Positions 1 to 9,293 of a DNA stretch of 19,587 nucleotides are shown in pieces (the stretch's first letter is position 1; each line of letters opens with the position of its first letter). The stretch comes from Verrucomicrobiota bacterium (GTDB lineage Bacteria; Verrucomicrobiota; Verrucomicrobiia; Limisphaerales; SXQI01): contig JANRLX010000065.1 of assembly GCA_033762115.1 (NCBI GenBank), positions 1-19,587 of the forward strand, in the 5' to 3' direction. A program made the translations under genes and the position numbers. Under the pieces are notes generated by a model. That model made no database searches and was not told where the DNA came from. It saw only the letters and a program-made list of their open reading frames with translations.

Positions 1-333
1 AAACCCCTGCACCACGGTAAAGAATGGACTCTCCCACAGAAGCGTTCCGGGCATGATATAATCATTCCCAAGTCTTGGGCCGTCATTGGCATAAAATCGG
101 ACCCGGGCGCTTTCATCCCCCTGAAAGGACTGTATCTGCGCATAAAAACGAAAAGAAAAATCGGTCAGTGTCCGCGCCACCCCGCCCAAATTGATTTCAT
201 CCCCATACTCAAGACGTTCCGTTTCAAACTTTCCCAGGTTGTTCGAGGAGTTGTCGTAAACGATTTCTGCCGTAGTTTGGAATGCGCTGCTGAATAGCAG
301 GATCGCAGTCAGGGCTTTAGCAAAGTGACGCAC
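1..333 (-). CDS. Secreted hypothetical protein, runs off the left window edge (possibly PEP-CTERM-type surface protein family)
   Basis: Hand translation from GTG at 333 (in-frame TTG at 336) is open to base 1: MRHFAKALTAILLFSSAFQTTA-EIVYDNSSNNLGKFETERLEYGDEINLGGVARTLTDFSFRFY...ARVRFYANDG...PGTLLWES. It has a Sec-type signal peptide. Absent from the ORF track because no stop lies in the window. Family call is from recall only. Confidence 0.8.
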   Translation of the reverse strand, partial: MRHFAKALTAILLFSSAFQTTAEIVYDNSSNNLGKFETERLEYGDEINLGGVARTLTDFSFRFYAQIQSFQGDESARVRFYANDGPRLGNDYIMPGTLLWESPFFTVVQGF

Positions 334-431
334 CAAAAAAGAATCTCAGGAGATCAAATGGGTGGCGAGGAGAAAATCAGGCCTGCTGATGAATTTCGAT
401 CATCCTCATAATGAAACGGAAACCTCCAAAA

Positions 432-1568
432 TCACGGATTGGAATATCGGATTAACTTTCCCCCGCTCAACACCTTGAACTTTGTTCCGCGCCAGATCAC
501 GCTATTCCCAAGAAATGCCATCGCCCAGGTCGCCAGTTGAAACAGATCTTTTAACAGTGGCAGAACGAAAGATCGCGCCGGTGTCTGCCGTTCCAGCTTC
601 GCCTGGCAATGCCAGGCGGAAACGCAACGCAGTCCAGCGGCTGCTATCCAAAGCCCAAAAGTCAGCGGAACCGGTTTTAACAAAACCGCCAGCGTGCTCC
701 AGAACGTCACATTGTTCAGGACGCTCAAAAAATAGGGAACAGGCTGGCAGAAACGGATCGTCCGCGCCCAACGCAATTGATGCTCCCAAACCTCTTTCGC
801 GGACATCGCATGTGCCGCGGATTGCACCACCAGCGGCGAAAGCGTGACTTTCCAGCCATTCGCAGCGACCCGGTTGCCCAATTGATAATCATCCGCAAGG
901 TAATCCAGCAACGATTCGAATCCTCCGATACCAGAGATCGCTTTTTTCCTCATTCCCATCACCGCTCCCAATGCAAAATCCATTCGTTTGAGTGAAATTC
1001 CCTGAAGCACCTGCGGCCAGAAATCCGCATTGACCGCCATCGCCTCCAAACGCATCGCAACATTCACCGGATGGCTCAGCTGATAAAAGCAATTGGCAAG
1101 TCCCACCCTGTCGCAATCGAACTCCGCCACAAACGATTTGAGAAATCCGCCTTCCACCAGCACATCCGCATCACTGATTACGATCAGTTCGTGGCCGCTC
1201 TTTTTATACAGATGGACAAGCGTGGAAACTTTCGCGTTCGCCCCCAGGACAGGATCGCAAATCACCAATTCCGCTTCTTGCGCCGGATATTCCGCCATCA
1301 ATCTTCGAACCAGAACACAAACCGGATCATCGGAGGAAGCGACGCCAAAAAGAAGCTGGATTGACCCCGGATACTCCTGTGTGAACCAGCTTCGCAGACA
1401 ATCCTCCGTATGTTCATCGGTTCCTTTCAGCGGCTTCAGAATGCTGACCGTGGGGAATTCACGACTCATCTTTTCCTGGTGAAGTGGAAAGCGGATGGCC
1501 ACCATCCATTGCCATAAACAGAGGAAAATACTCAGCAGAGTGACCAAAATCAGGATACTGGTCAGCAC
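432..1568 (-). CDS. hpnI: GT2/GT21 ceramide-glucosyltransferase-like glycosyltransferase, hopanoid-associated HpnI type
   Basis: SILKPLKG, NAKV, ISDADV (DxD), LADDY and HQLRWARTIR (QxxRW-like) motifs, with N- and C-terminal TM segments. Start moved to GTG 1568, 1 nt after the upstream TAA. Confidence 0.8.
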   Translation of the reverse strand: MLTSILILVTLLSIFLCLWQWMVAIRFPLHQEKMSREFPTVSILKPLKGTDEHTEDCLRSWFTQEYPGSIQLLFGVASSDDPVCVLVRRLMAEYPAQEAELVICDPVLGANAKVSTLVHLYKKSGHELIVISDADVLVEGGFLKSFVAEFDCDRVGLANCFYQLSHPVNVAMRLEAMAVNADFWPQVLQGISLKRMDFALGAVMGMRKKAISGIGGFESLLDYLADDYQLGNRVAANGWKVTLSPLVVQSAAHAMSAKEVWEHQLRWARTIRFCQPVPYFLSVLNNVTFWSTLAVLLKPVPLTFGLWIAAAGLRCVSAWHCQAKLERQTPARSFVLPLLKDLFQLATWAMAFLGNSVIWRGTKFKVLSGGKLIRYSNP

Positions 1569-1569
1569 G

Positions 1570-3120
1570 TTACCTCGAACGTTTGGAACCCTGCGCGAGA
1601 TCAGTCTCACCTGCCGAAACCGAAGCTGCTGCCTTCGCCGGAAACGGCCATGTCACCGAGGGACTCAGGTTCGCGCAGCGGTCCACCGCGGTCAGGTGAA
1701 CAGCTTCCGGCATCTGTGCCGCAGGAAATTGCAGACCGGTCACGCGGCCCGGGTAAATTTCCGTCCGCCAGCTTTTTCCATACCGGCTCTGCACCACCCA
1801 TACCCAGACCTTTTCCGCTCCGGCAGGATTCGCCCACTTGAGAAAGAGTCCATTCGTCAAACTGGCTGAGTTCGTCATGAGTGGCTTTACTGGAGGTTTG
1901 CCATCGATCCAGGGCCACGCCGGGGGCAGGGCCACCTCGGAATAAACATTGGTTCGCAGCAGGTCCGCCAGGCCATTCTTGTTCCGTTCAAGGCTGCCGA
2001 TATGGTAAAGCACATGCCCCGGAGTCGATGATGCCTTCCGGGAAAGTTCGATCTGCCCCAGAACTTCATCAGCCTGCCACGCGCTCCCGAATTTCGTCAG
2101 GTCATTCCCCGGCCAGACATGACGTTGACGCTGATTTTCCTTCAGCCACCAATCCAGAAGCACCGGATAACTCTGGGCAGGCTTGTCGATGGACCAATAA
2201 AGTTGCGGCACAAAATAATCAGCCCAGCCTTTGTTCAACCACAGTTTCGCATCCGCATAAAGCTGATCGTAGGCGTCAAGACCCCGTATCTGTTCCGGGT
2301 AACCGGGACGCCAAATCCCAAACGGGCTGATCCCGAACTTCACCCATGACTTCGTTTTTTTGATGTCACGGCTCAACCGCTCCACGAACTGATTCACATT
2401 TCGTCGTCGCCAATCGGCCCGTTCCAGCTTGCCTCCGGAATTTTTGTAAGCTTTGAAACTTTGATAATCCGGAAAATCAATCTGCCCTCCCGTGCCGTTC
2501 GGTTCCTTGTACGGATAAAAATAATCATCCAGGTGAACCCCATCAATATCATACCGTTTCACCACATCCAGAATGACCCGCAGGCTATGCTCCTGGGCGG
2601 CTTTCATCCCCGGATCAAGCCAAAGATGAGAGCCATATTTTTTCACCAGTGACGGCTCCTTCACACTGATATGCTTTTTGGAAAAACCATTCTTCTTTGG
2701 AAGCAGCGCCGCCCTGAACGGATTAAACCAGGCGTGCAATTCCAGCCCCCGCGCATGGGCCTCCTCAACCGCGAACTTTAACGGATCATAATAAGGCTGT
2801 GGTGCAATCCCCATCTTCCCGCTCAAATGCTCACTCCACGGTTCGAACGGGGAATCGTAAAGTGCATCACAGGCAGGCCGCACCTGCAAAATCACCACGT
2901 TCAGTTTCAGTTCCACCGCCTTGTCGAGGATGCGGAGAAGCTCCGCTTTTTGTTCGCTTACAGCCAGGCCGGGAGCTGACGGCCAGTTAATGTTTTTAAA
3001 AGTGGCAATCCAGCTTCCTCGAAACTCCCGCTGGATCGGGGGAGGTTGATTATTTGTGGACGCAAAGACAGTGGCGCAGCAAAGCAACAACAGAGCTAAA
3101 AAACTTCTAGGCACGCGCAC
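1570..3120 (-). CDS. GHL10 / YddW(DigH)-like glycoside hydrolase, exported
   Basis: [76 protein letters not shown] and DYFVPQLYW motifs. Hydrophobic signal follows GTG 3120 (or 3114), overlapping the lpxD stop. Confidence 0.88.
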   Translation of the reverse strand: MRVPRSFLALLLLCCATVFASTNNQPPPIQREFRGSWIATFKNINWPSAPGLAVSEQKAELLRILDKAVELKLNVVILQVRPACDALYDSPFEPWSEHLSGKMGIAPQPYYDPLKFAVEEAHARGLELHAWFNPFRAALLPKKNGFSKKHISVKEPSLVKKYGSHLWLDPGMKAAQEHSLRVILDVVKRYDIDGVHLDDYFYPYKEPNGTGGQIDFPDYQSFKAYKNSGGKLERADWRRRNVNQFVERLSRDIKKTKSWVKFGISPFGIWRPGYPEQIRGLDAYDQLYADAKLWLNKGWADYFVPQLYWSIDKPAQSYPVLLDWWLKENQRQRHVWPGNDLTKFGSAWQADEVLGQIELSRKASSTPGHVLYHIGSLERNKNGLADLLRTNVYSEVALPPAWPWIDGKPPVKPLMTNSASLTNGLFLKWANPAGAEKVWVWVVQSRYGKSWRTEIYPGRVTGLQFPAAQMPEAVHLTAVDRCANLSPSVTWPFPAKAAASVSAGETDLAQGSKRSR

Positions 3121-4171
3121 TGTCCTCCGGGCTGACCCCCGTTTTCTTTTCCAGCTCCGCAACTCTCCGCAGCAGGTCCGGCAACTGATGCAGCGCAAGC
3201 AACTGCCGTTTCATTTTTCGATCCGGTTGCGCTGGGCTCCCAAACCACTTTTCACCTTCAGGAATGTCATGCATCACCCCCGATTGGGCGGCCACTGTCG
3301 CTTTGTTCCCGATTTTCAAATGCCCGGCGACGCCTACCTGCCCGGCAATCGTCACCAGATTGCCCAGCTTGGTGCTTCCGGCAATTCCCGCCTGGGCCAC
3401 CACAAGACTGTGCTCGCCGATCACCACATTATGCGCAATCTGGACCAGGTTATCGATCTTCGTTCCCTTGCCGATCACAGTAGGCCCCAGTGCCCCGCGA
3501 TCAATCGTCACATTCGCGCCAATCTCCACATCATCCTGCAAAACCACATACCCGACCTGCGGAACTTTTCGGTGCGCTTCCTGGTCGTAAACATATCCAA
3601 AACCATCCGAGCCGATCACCGTGCCTGAATGGATCCGTACCCGCGCCCCAAGCTGACTCCTTGGATACAACGTCACATTAGGAAAAAGATGAACGCCCTC
3701 CCCCAGCGTTGAACGATCGCTGATGAAATCAAGTCCCTGAAGAACCACCCCCGGCCCAATCACACAATGCTCACCAATCACACAACCCGGCCCAATATGT
3801 GCCGTTGGATCAATCTGCGCGGTCGTTGCGACAGTCGCGGTCCTGTGAATTCCCGGCGGAAAATCCGGCTCCGGAAAAAAGAGCGCCAGCGCTTTGGCAA
3901 AGGCAATCCTCGCGTTCGGCACCCGGATCAAAACCTTTTGGCTGGAACTGAATTCCTGGTCAATCAGCACAGCCGAGGCCGAACTTCCCTCCGCACGGCT
4001 GAAATAAGCGCTGTTCTCTGCAAATGTCAGGTCACCGGCACGAGCTGTCGTCGCCGGGGCAAAACCAGTCAGCCGCACTGAGGCATCACCCCGGACCACG
4101 CCCCCGATCAGGGCGGCGATTTCGCCTGCGGAAAAACCGGTTCCTGTGGCATTTTCAGATCCCGCGTTCAT
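3107..4171 (-). CDS. lpxD: UDP-3-O-(3-hydroxyacyl)glucosamine N-acyltransferase
   Basis: Hexapeptide repeats; [40 protein letters not shown] and IAGQVG motifs; C-terminal helical tail. Confidence 0.96.
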   Translation of the reverse strand: MNAGSENATGTGFSAGEIAALIGGVVRGDASVRLTGFAPATTARAGDLTFAENSAYFSRAEGSSASAVLIDQEFSSSQKVLIRVPNARIAFAKALALFFPEPDFPPGIHRTATVATTAQIDPTAHIGPGCVIGEHCVIGPGVVLQGLDFISDRSTLGEGVHLFPNVTLYPRSQLGARVRIHSGTVIGSDGFGYVYDQEAHRKVPQVGYVVLQDDVEIGANVTIDRGALGPTVIGKGTKIDNLVQIAHNVVIGEHSLVVAQAGIAGSTKLGNLVTIAGQVGVAGHLKIGNKATVAAQSGVMHDIPEGEKWFGSPAQPDRKMKRQLLALHQLPDLLRRVAELEKKTGVSPEDSARA

Positions 4172-4517
4172 TCACGATTTTGTTCTCTTCCCCAAGGACG
4201 ATCACGCGCGGCTTCCAATTCACCGCTTCTTCTGCGGAAAGCATGGTGAACGACATGATCGTCAGCCGGTCACCAATTTTCCCCAGGTGCGCTGTCGCCC
4301 CATTCAAAACAATCACACCCGCCCCCGACTCACCCGCGATCACATACGTTTCAAAACGATGGCCGTTTGCCAGGTTGCTGCAAAGAATTTTTTCGTATGG
4401 AAGCAACCCCACCTTCTCCATTAAATCCCGCGCAATCGTCATGCTCCCCTCATAATTCAGGCTCGCCCCTGTTACCTGGGCGCGATGAATTTTCGACTTC
4501 AGTAAATGAACTTCCAT
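4155..4517 (-). CDS. panD: Aspartate 1-decarboxylase proenzyme
   Basis: [10 protein letters not shown]...LNYEGS (G24-S25 self-cleavage site), RFETYVI and LNGATAH. ATG 4517 puts Ser at position 25. Confidence 0.96.
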   Translation of the reverse strand: MEVHLLKSKIHRAQVTGASLNYEGSMTIARDLMEKVGLLPYEKILCSNLANGHRFETYVIAGESGAGVIVLNGATAHLGKIGDRLTIMSFTMLSAEEAVNWKPRVIVLGEENKIVNERGI

Positions 4518-4597
4518 ACATTTGCTACTCGGCACCTGCGTAAATCATAACCGGCGCTCTGTCGCGGGGGTTGTGAAGCCAGCAGAGAAGTCGTTCG

Positions 4598-4626
4598 TTG
4601 ACTTCAAATTCGAACATTACTATAAG
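4598..4626 (+). promoter_or_regulatory. Candidate sigma70 promoter for the oxidoreductase
   Basis: TTGACT (4598-4603), 17-nt spacer, TATAAG (4621-4626), in the divergent intergenic region 40 nt before ATG 4667. Confidence 0.45.
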
Positions 4627-4666
4627 ATGCGCAGCACCTAATTCAACATCATCTTTACTTTTGCGT

Positions 4667-5830
4667 ATGGCGAAAACTTTACGGGTTGGCATGATCGGTT
4701 ACCGCTTTATGGGCAAGGCCCACTCCAATGCCTGGCGGCAGGCTCCCCATTTCTTTGATCTTCCTGCAGAAGTCGAATTACACACCATTGCCGGACGCGA
4801 CCCCAAAGCCCTCGAGACAGCCAGAAAACAACTCGGCTGGCAAAATGCCTCCACCGACTGGAAAGCCGTCGTCAACTCCCCTGACATCGACATCATCGAT
4901 ATCAATACCCCCAACGACTCACACGCTGAAATCGCCATTGCCGCCGCAAAAGCCGGCAAACATATCCTTTGCGAAAAACCGCTCGCCTTGAACGTCGCCC
5001 AATGCAGGGAAATGCTCGACGCTGTCAAGAAGGCCAAAGTCGTCCACATGGTTTGCCACAACTACCGCCGCATCCCCGCCATCGCCCTCGCCAAAAAAAT
5101 GATCGAGGAAGGGGCCATCGGTGAAATTTACCATTACTACGCACGCTACGCTCAGGACTGGATTGTCGATCCCGAGTTCCCTCTCGTCTGGCGCTTGCAA
5201 AAGGGAGTCAGCGGCAGCGGAACCCATGGCGACATCAACGCCCACATCATCGATATCGCCCGCTACCTCGTTGGTGAGTTCAAGGAAGTCTGCGGATTGA
5301 TGCACACCTTCATCAAGGAACGCCCCCTCATGGATGAGAGCGGCAAAGGCTCCGGCCTCGGCGGCAAAGCCGGTCGCAAACTTGGCAAAGTCACCGTCGA
5401 TGACGCCGCCATGTTCATCGGTCGCTTCCAGAACGGCGCCCTCGCAAACCTCGAGGCCACCCGTTTCGCCCTCGGACGCAAAAATCACATCGAAGTCGAA
5501 ATCAACGGCTCAAAAGGCTCCCTCCATTTCGATTTTGAAGACATGAACCGCCTAAAATTTTTCGACAACACCAACCCTGCAGACCGCCAGGGTTTCCGCG
5601 ATATTCTCGTCACCCAACCCGGTGGCGCTCATCCTTTCGTCGGCAACTGGTGGCCGCCCGGACATATCATCGGTTACGAACACACCTTCGTTCATACCAT
5701 TGCCGATTTCGTCAAGGCCGTCGTCAATGGAAAACCGGTGCAGCCCACCTTCGAGGATGGCCTGCGCAACGAACGCGTTCTCGAAGCTGTGGAGGAATCA
5801 GCCAAAACCCGTCAATGGGTCAAGGTCTGA
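4667..5830 (+). CDS. Gfo/Idh/MocA family NAD(P)-dependent oxidoreductase (sugar/inositol dehydrogenase-like)
   Basis: LRVGMIGYRFMGKAH Rossmann start, HILCEKPLA, GTHGDINAHIID and WWPPGHIIGYEHTF. Strongly C-ending codons suggest high expression. Start taken as ATG 4667. Confidence 0.92.
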   Translation: MAKTLRVGMIGYRFMGKAHSNAWRQAPHFFDLPAEVELHTIAGRDPKALETARKQLGWQNASTDWKAVVNSPDIDIIDINTPNDSHAEIAIAAAKAGKHILCEKPLALNVAQCREMLDAVKKAKVVHMVCHNYRRIPAIALAKKMIEEGAIGEIYHYYARYAQDWIVDPEFPLVWRLQKGVSGSGTHGDINAHIIDIARYLVGEFKEVCGLMHTFIKERPLMDESGKGSGLGGKAGRKLGKVTVDDAAMFIGRFQNGALANLEATRFALGRKNHIEVEINGSKGSLHFDFEDMNRLKFFDNTNPADRQGFRDILVTQPGGAHPFVGNWWPPGHIIGYEHTFVHTIADFVKAVVNGKPVQPTFEDGLRNERVLEAVEESAKTRQWVKV

Positions 5831-5920
5831 TCCCTTGGATGTAACCTTGCCAGGGCGACATCGCTTCTACTTTTTCCTTCGGCACAGGCAACGAATTGCC
5901 GGGGGAACAGTCTAAGCCAC

Positions 5921-8869
5921 ATGCAATTGCTCCCAGTTGTCGCTCGGGAATTGTTGGTCGCCTCAAGGCATGATGCGGTGTGGAAGAGCCGTCTCGCTGC
6001 CGTCTCCCTCGCATTGCTTGTCCTGTTTGGCGTCTTCATCATGACTGCGGTTCAGCTGGCTCCGCACACACAGGGACGGCTGCTCTTTAAAATTCTCTCC
6101 ACCGGCGCCATGATCTATTGCATGTTCACCGGAATCCGTTGGACAAGCGATTGCCTCTCCTCCGAAAAGCGGGAAGGAACCTTGGGTTTGCTTTTCCTCA
6201 CCAATCTCCGTGGATATGACGTCATCCTTGGCAAGCTGGTTTCCTCCTCCCTCCACGCCGTTTATGCCCTCTTCTCCATCCTTCCTGTCCTCAGCCTCGC
6301 CTTGCTTTTCGGCGGGGTTTCGCTCCTGGAATTCGCAAGGGTTTCACTCGTCCTCCTCGTCACGCTGATGCTTTCGCTCAGCGCAGGCATGCTCATTTCC
6401 ACCTTTGTTGCCCACGAACGAAAGGCGATGCTCTTCACGGGCGTCCTCCTCTTTCTCCTCATTGCCGGGCCGTACCTCCTCGCCTATTACTTTACTTACG
6501 ACAGCTTCGATGGTTCGAACCTCGAGTTCGCCACTGAGTTTTTACCTCCAAGCATTCTCCATGCATTAACCCTCTCGGAACCGAAGCTGGCAAACCTCAA
6601 CAACAACCACGCTTTCATCTCATCCCTCTGCATCAATGCCTTCCTCGCCGTCGCATTTCTTGTGATTGCTTCCATTTTTTTGCCTTACCAATCCCGCCTG
6701 GAAGGGCAGGGGAAGATTGCCGCACTTTATCAAAAAATTTCTCATTGGTGGGTTTACGGGAATGCCGATCAAAAAACCAAACGACGGCAGAAATTGCTCA
6801 ATCTAAATCCTTACGCATGGCTGGCCAGCCGGGAACGAACCAAACAAAGCTACGGTCTCGGCGTGGCTTTTTTCTTCGGCGCACTCTGGATTCTTGGGTA
6901 TTTGCAATTTCCTGAAGTCCTCGCCGAATGGGGATTCAGCCTCGCGTTCATCCATTTTCTTCATCTCTTGATTCGTTTGTGGATCATTTCAGAAATTTGC
7001 TCCCGCATGGTCGAGGACCGCCGGGGCGGAGCGCTTGAACTCCTTTTAGCGACGCCCCTCAACGAGCGCGAAATCAGCCGCGGCATCTCAATTTCCATAC
7101 GGAAAAATTTCGGTGTAATCATCGGGAAAATGCTGCTCGTCGATGCAGCCTTGATGATTTTAGCCCTCAATTCAAACTCTCAAGGTCAGAGTGACCGTGC
7201 CATCATATTTTTCTTTTTCGCGGCGGTGACTCGATTCCTTGTTGATCTGCCAGCCTTGAAATGGACTTCAATATGGCTTTCCCAGTTCCACTTGAGTTCC
7301 AACAGGGCCTTGCTCCAAGTCGCCAGCCACCTCTTTTTTAGGCCGTTCATTCTCTGGCTGCTTTTATGCGGTCTCTTCGAAGCGTATGAATTTTTCACAC
7401 AATACGTTTTCCCCGAGGGTTTCTACCACCTCTGCTGGTTTCTGATCAGCCTGATCAACTCGGCGTTCCTAACTCTCCTCAATCGAAAAAGATTTCTCAA
7501 CAGGTTCAGGGAACAAGCCACCCAGCGATTTGATGCAAAGCCTCCCAAACGAAAACGGAATCTCAAAGCGCTCTTCACCCCGGCAATCCAAACCCATTCA
7601 GCTGTGGAATCCTCAGCTTCCGCACGCCCTCGCCCTCTCTTCCGACGCTACAAACTTTTGGGAACAGTCGCCCTGGTCCTGCTCATCTCAATCACAGCCT
7701 TGTTTATCAATCGTTGGCGGTGGGACCGCCAGGTGCAAAGCCGCATCGCCGAACTCCGCAACAACGGCACTCCCACCACCATTCCAGAACTCATGACTTC
7801 CCTGCCTGTGGCTCCAAAAGGATCAAATGCCGCTCCCCTCGTCATGACCGCTGCATCTCTTTTGCACGGACGAACTTTGGAATGGCCCGGGCCAAGCCAA
7901 TTGCCGGAAGACTGGAATCAACATCTCAGAAAAGATCCCAATCAGCTGAAACTCTATCTCGAAAAAAAAGTTCGTGTGCTCCCGCTGCTCGAGCAGGCAA
8001 TCACTTTTCCCGTGATTTACCATCCTCCTGACATGGATGATAATTTCGTTTCCTCTTCGCACATCGCCTCACGCGATTTGTCCAAATTTTTGCGCTATTC
8101 CACTGCCTACAACGCCCGGACCAACAGGAAAGCAGCTGTCACCAGCATTGTCGCCTTGCTCCTTCTGGCCGAAGGAAAGGCTAATGATATTTCCACAACT
8201 TCCCCTACTTTCACTTTTGTCTATATCAATCACGCCTTTCAAGGCATGGAGTACCTTTTTAACCAGGCCCCTCCAACTCAAACAGAACTCGAACAACTGC
8301 TTCAGGCTTTCTCGAGGACCCGCTCAAACCTTAAACTGGGCACAACCATCAATGCTGAGAGGTGCCGCGCCATTTCCTTCTTTGATGTGTCTCTGGGTGA
8401 GAGGATAAGCAAGACCACACCCGGGGCCCCCTTAGGCACAAAAATCTTTGCCGGTCTAAAATTTAAGGCGGACACTTTTTCAGGAACATTTCAAAAAGAA
8501 TATTTAAAATTTTTCGACGATGCAGAGAAATACCTCGCCTTCAGCGAACGTCCCTATACTGAACAAATGGAGTTAATCTCCCCCTCACTCGACAAAATGG
8601 ATAACGAAAGTAACTGGGTCTTCCTGCTTCCCCGGCTCGACAAGATTCTCATGCAACACGCCAAAAGCCTGGCCTTGCTGGACGTCGCCCGTCAGGCAAT
8701 CCATATGGAAATGGATCATCTCGCAGCGCTCCAGCCCAACAGTCATCTGGCGGATGAATCCTTCCAATATCATCTGCAAGTCAAGGTTCCGAAACAGTTC
8801 ATCTTTCCCTCGACAATCCATAAAAAAGCCACCAACACAGTTGACTTCACCGTCAGGAGACCGCGCTGA
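5921..8869 (+). CDS. ABC-2-type permease-like multi-pass membrane protein fused to a large C-terminal extracytoplasmic domain
   Basis: PVVARELLV start and two repeats of the ABC-2-like signature (EKREGTLGLLFLTNL..YDVILGKL; EDRRGGALELLLATPL) among many TM helices. These are followed by a basic linker, one more TM and about 380 soluble residues. Confidence 0.75.
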   Translation: MQLLPVVARELLVASRHDAVWKSRLAAVSLALLVLFGVFIMTAVQLAPHTQGRLLFKILSTGAMIYCMFTGIRWTSDCLSSEKREGTLGLLFLTNLRGYDVILGKLVSSSLHAVYALFSILPVLSLALLFGGVSLLEFARVSLVLLVTLMLSLSAGMLISTFVAHERKAMLFTGVLLFLLIAGPYLLAYYFTYDSFDGSNLEFATEFLPPSILHALTLSEPKLANLNNNHAFISSLCINAFLAVAFLVIASIFLPYQSRLEGQGKIAALYQKISHWWVYGNADQKTKRRQKLLNLNPYAWLASRERTKQSYGLGVAFFFGALWILGYLQFPEVLAEWGFSLAFIHFLHLLIRLWIISEICSRMVEDRRGGALELLLATPLNEREISRGISISIRKNFGVIIGKMLLVDAALMILALNSNSQGQSDRAIIFFFFAAVTRFLVDLPALKWTSIWLSQFHLSSNRALLQVASHLFFRPFILWLLLCGLFEAYEFFTQYVFPEGFYHLCWFLISLINSAFLTLLNRKRFLNRFREQATQRFDAKPPKRKRNLKALFTPAIQTHSAVESSASARPRPLFRRYKLLGTVALVLLISITALFINRWRWDRQVQSRIAELRNNGTPTTIPELMTSLPVAPKGSNAAPLVMTAASLLHGRTLEWPGPSQLPEDWNQHLRKDPNQLKLYLEKKVRVLPLLEQAITFPVIYHPPDMDDNFVSSSHIASRDLSKFLRYSTAYNARTNRKAAVTSIVALLLLAEGKANDISTTSPTFTFVYINHAFQGMEYLFNQAPPTQTELEQLLQAFSRTRSNLKLGTTINAERCRAISFFDVSLGERISKTTPGAPLGTKIFAGLKFKADTFSGTFQKEYLKFFDDAEKYLAFSERPYTEQMELISPSLDKMDNESNWVFLLPRLDKILMQHAKSLALLDVARQAIHMEMDHLAALQPNSHLADESFQYHLQVKVPKQFIFPSTIHKKATNTVDFTVRRPR

Positions 8870-9248
8870 ATCGTCCATACGCCAGCTGTCCGATCCATAC
8901 CCCGGCCAGGCAAAGGAGAACCGAACCAACCGCATAGCCAGCAGCGATCACATACCGTCCTTCCTCCAAAAGGCTGAATGTTTGCAGGCTGAAAGCTGAA
9001 AAAGTGGTGTAACCACCGAGAAATCCTGTGACAAGCAACGACCGCCACTGCTCGGAATTTGAAAATCGTCCTTGCGGTTCCAACAGTGCGGCACAGAATC
9101 CAATTGCCAATGCGCCGGTGGCATTCACCAGCAGCGTTCCTGTGGGAAAATTCCCCGCAAAGCGGGCTGTCATCCATGTGGTCACGACTGCGCGGCTGAT
9201 CCCCCCCAGCGCGCTGCCCAGTCCAATCAACAGGTAGGTGGCTGTCAT
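8853..9248 (-). CDS. crcB: Fluoride efflux channel Fluc/CrcB
   Basis: GSALGGISR, FPTGTLLVN and TGFLGGYTTFSAFS motifs, 4 TM, 131 aa from ATG 9248. Confidence 0.95.
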   Translation of the reverse strand: MTATYLLIGLGSALGGISRAVVTTWMTARFAGNFPTGTLLVNATGALAIGFCAALLEPQGRFSNSEQWRSLLVTGFLGGYTTFSAFSLQTFSLLEEGRYVIAAGYAVGSVLLCLAGVWIGQLAYGRFSAVS

Positions 9249-9293
9249 TGGTCCAGTTTGCACGATTTTATCAGCAGGAACAGATTGAAGAAC

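Noticed and set aside
380..435. CTGATGA...GAAAC resembling a hammerhead ribozyme core
   Set aside because: Stem II would be only 3 A-T pairs, and no convincing stems I/III or cleavage triplet could be formed.
3300..3830. Periodic repeats within lpxD
   Set aside because: These are the normal hexapeptide repeats of the left-handed beta-helix, not a DNA repeat element.
4919..5488. Long antisense ORFs (also 3056..3628, 13905..14540, 17785..18420 and others)
   Set aside because: Shadow frames of well-supported genes in GC-rich, codon-biased DNA, with no recognisable motifs.
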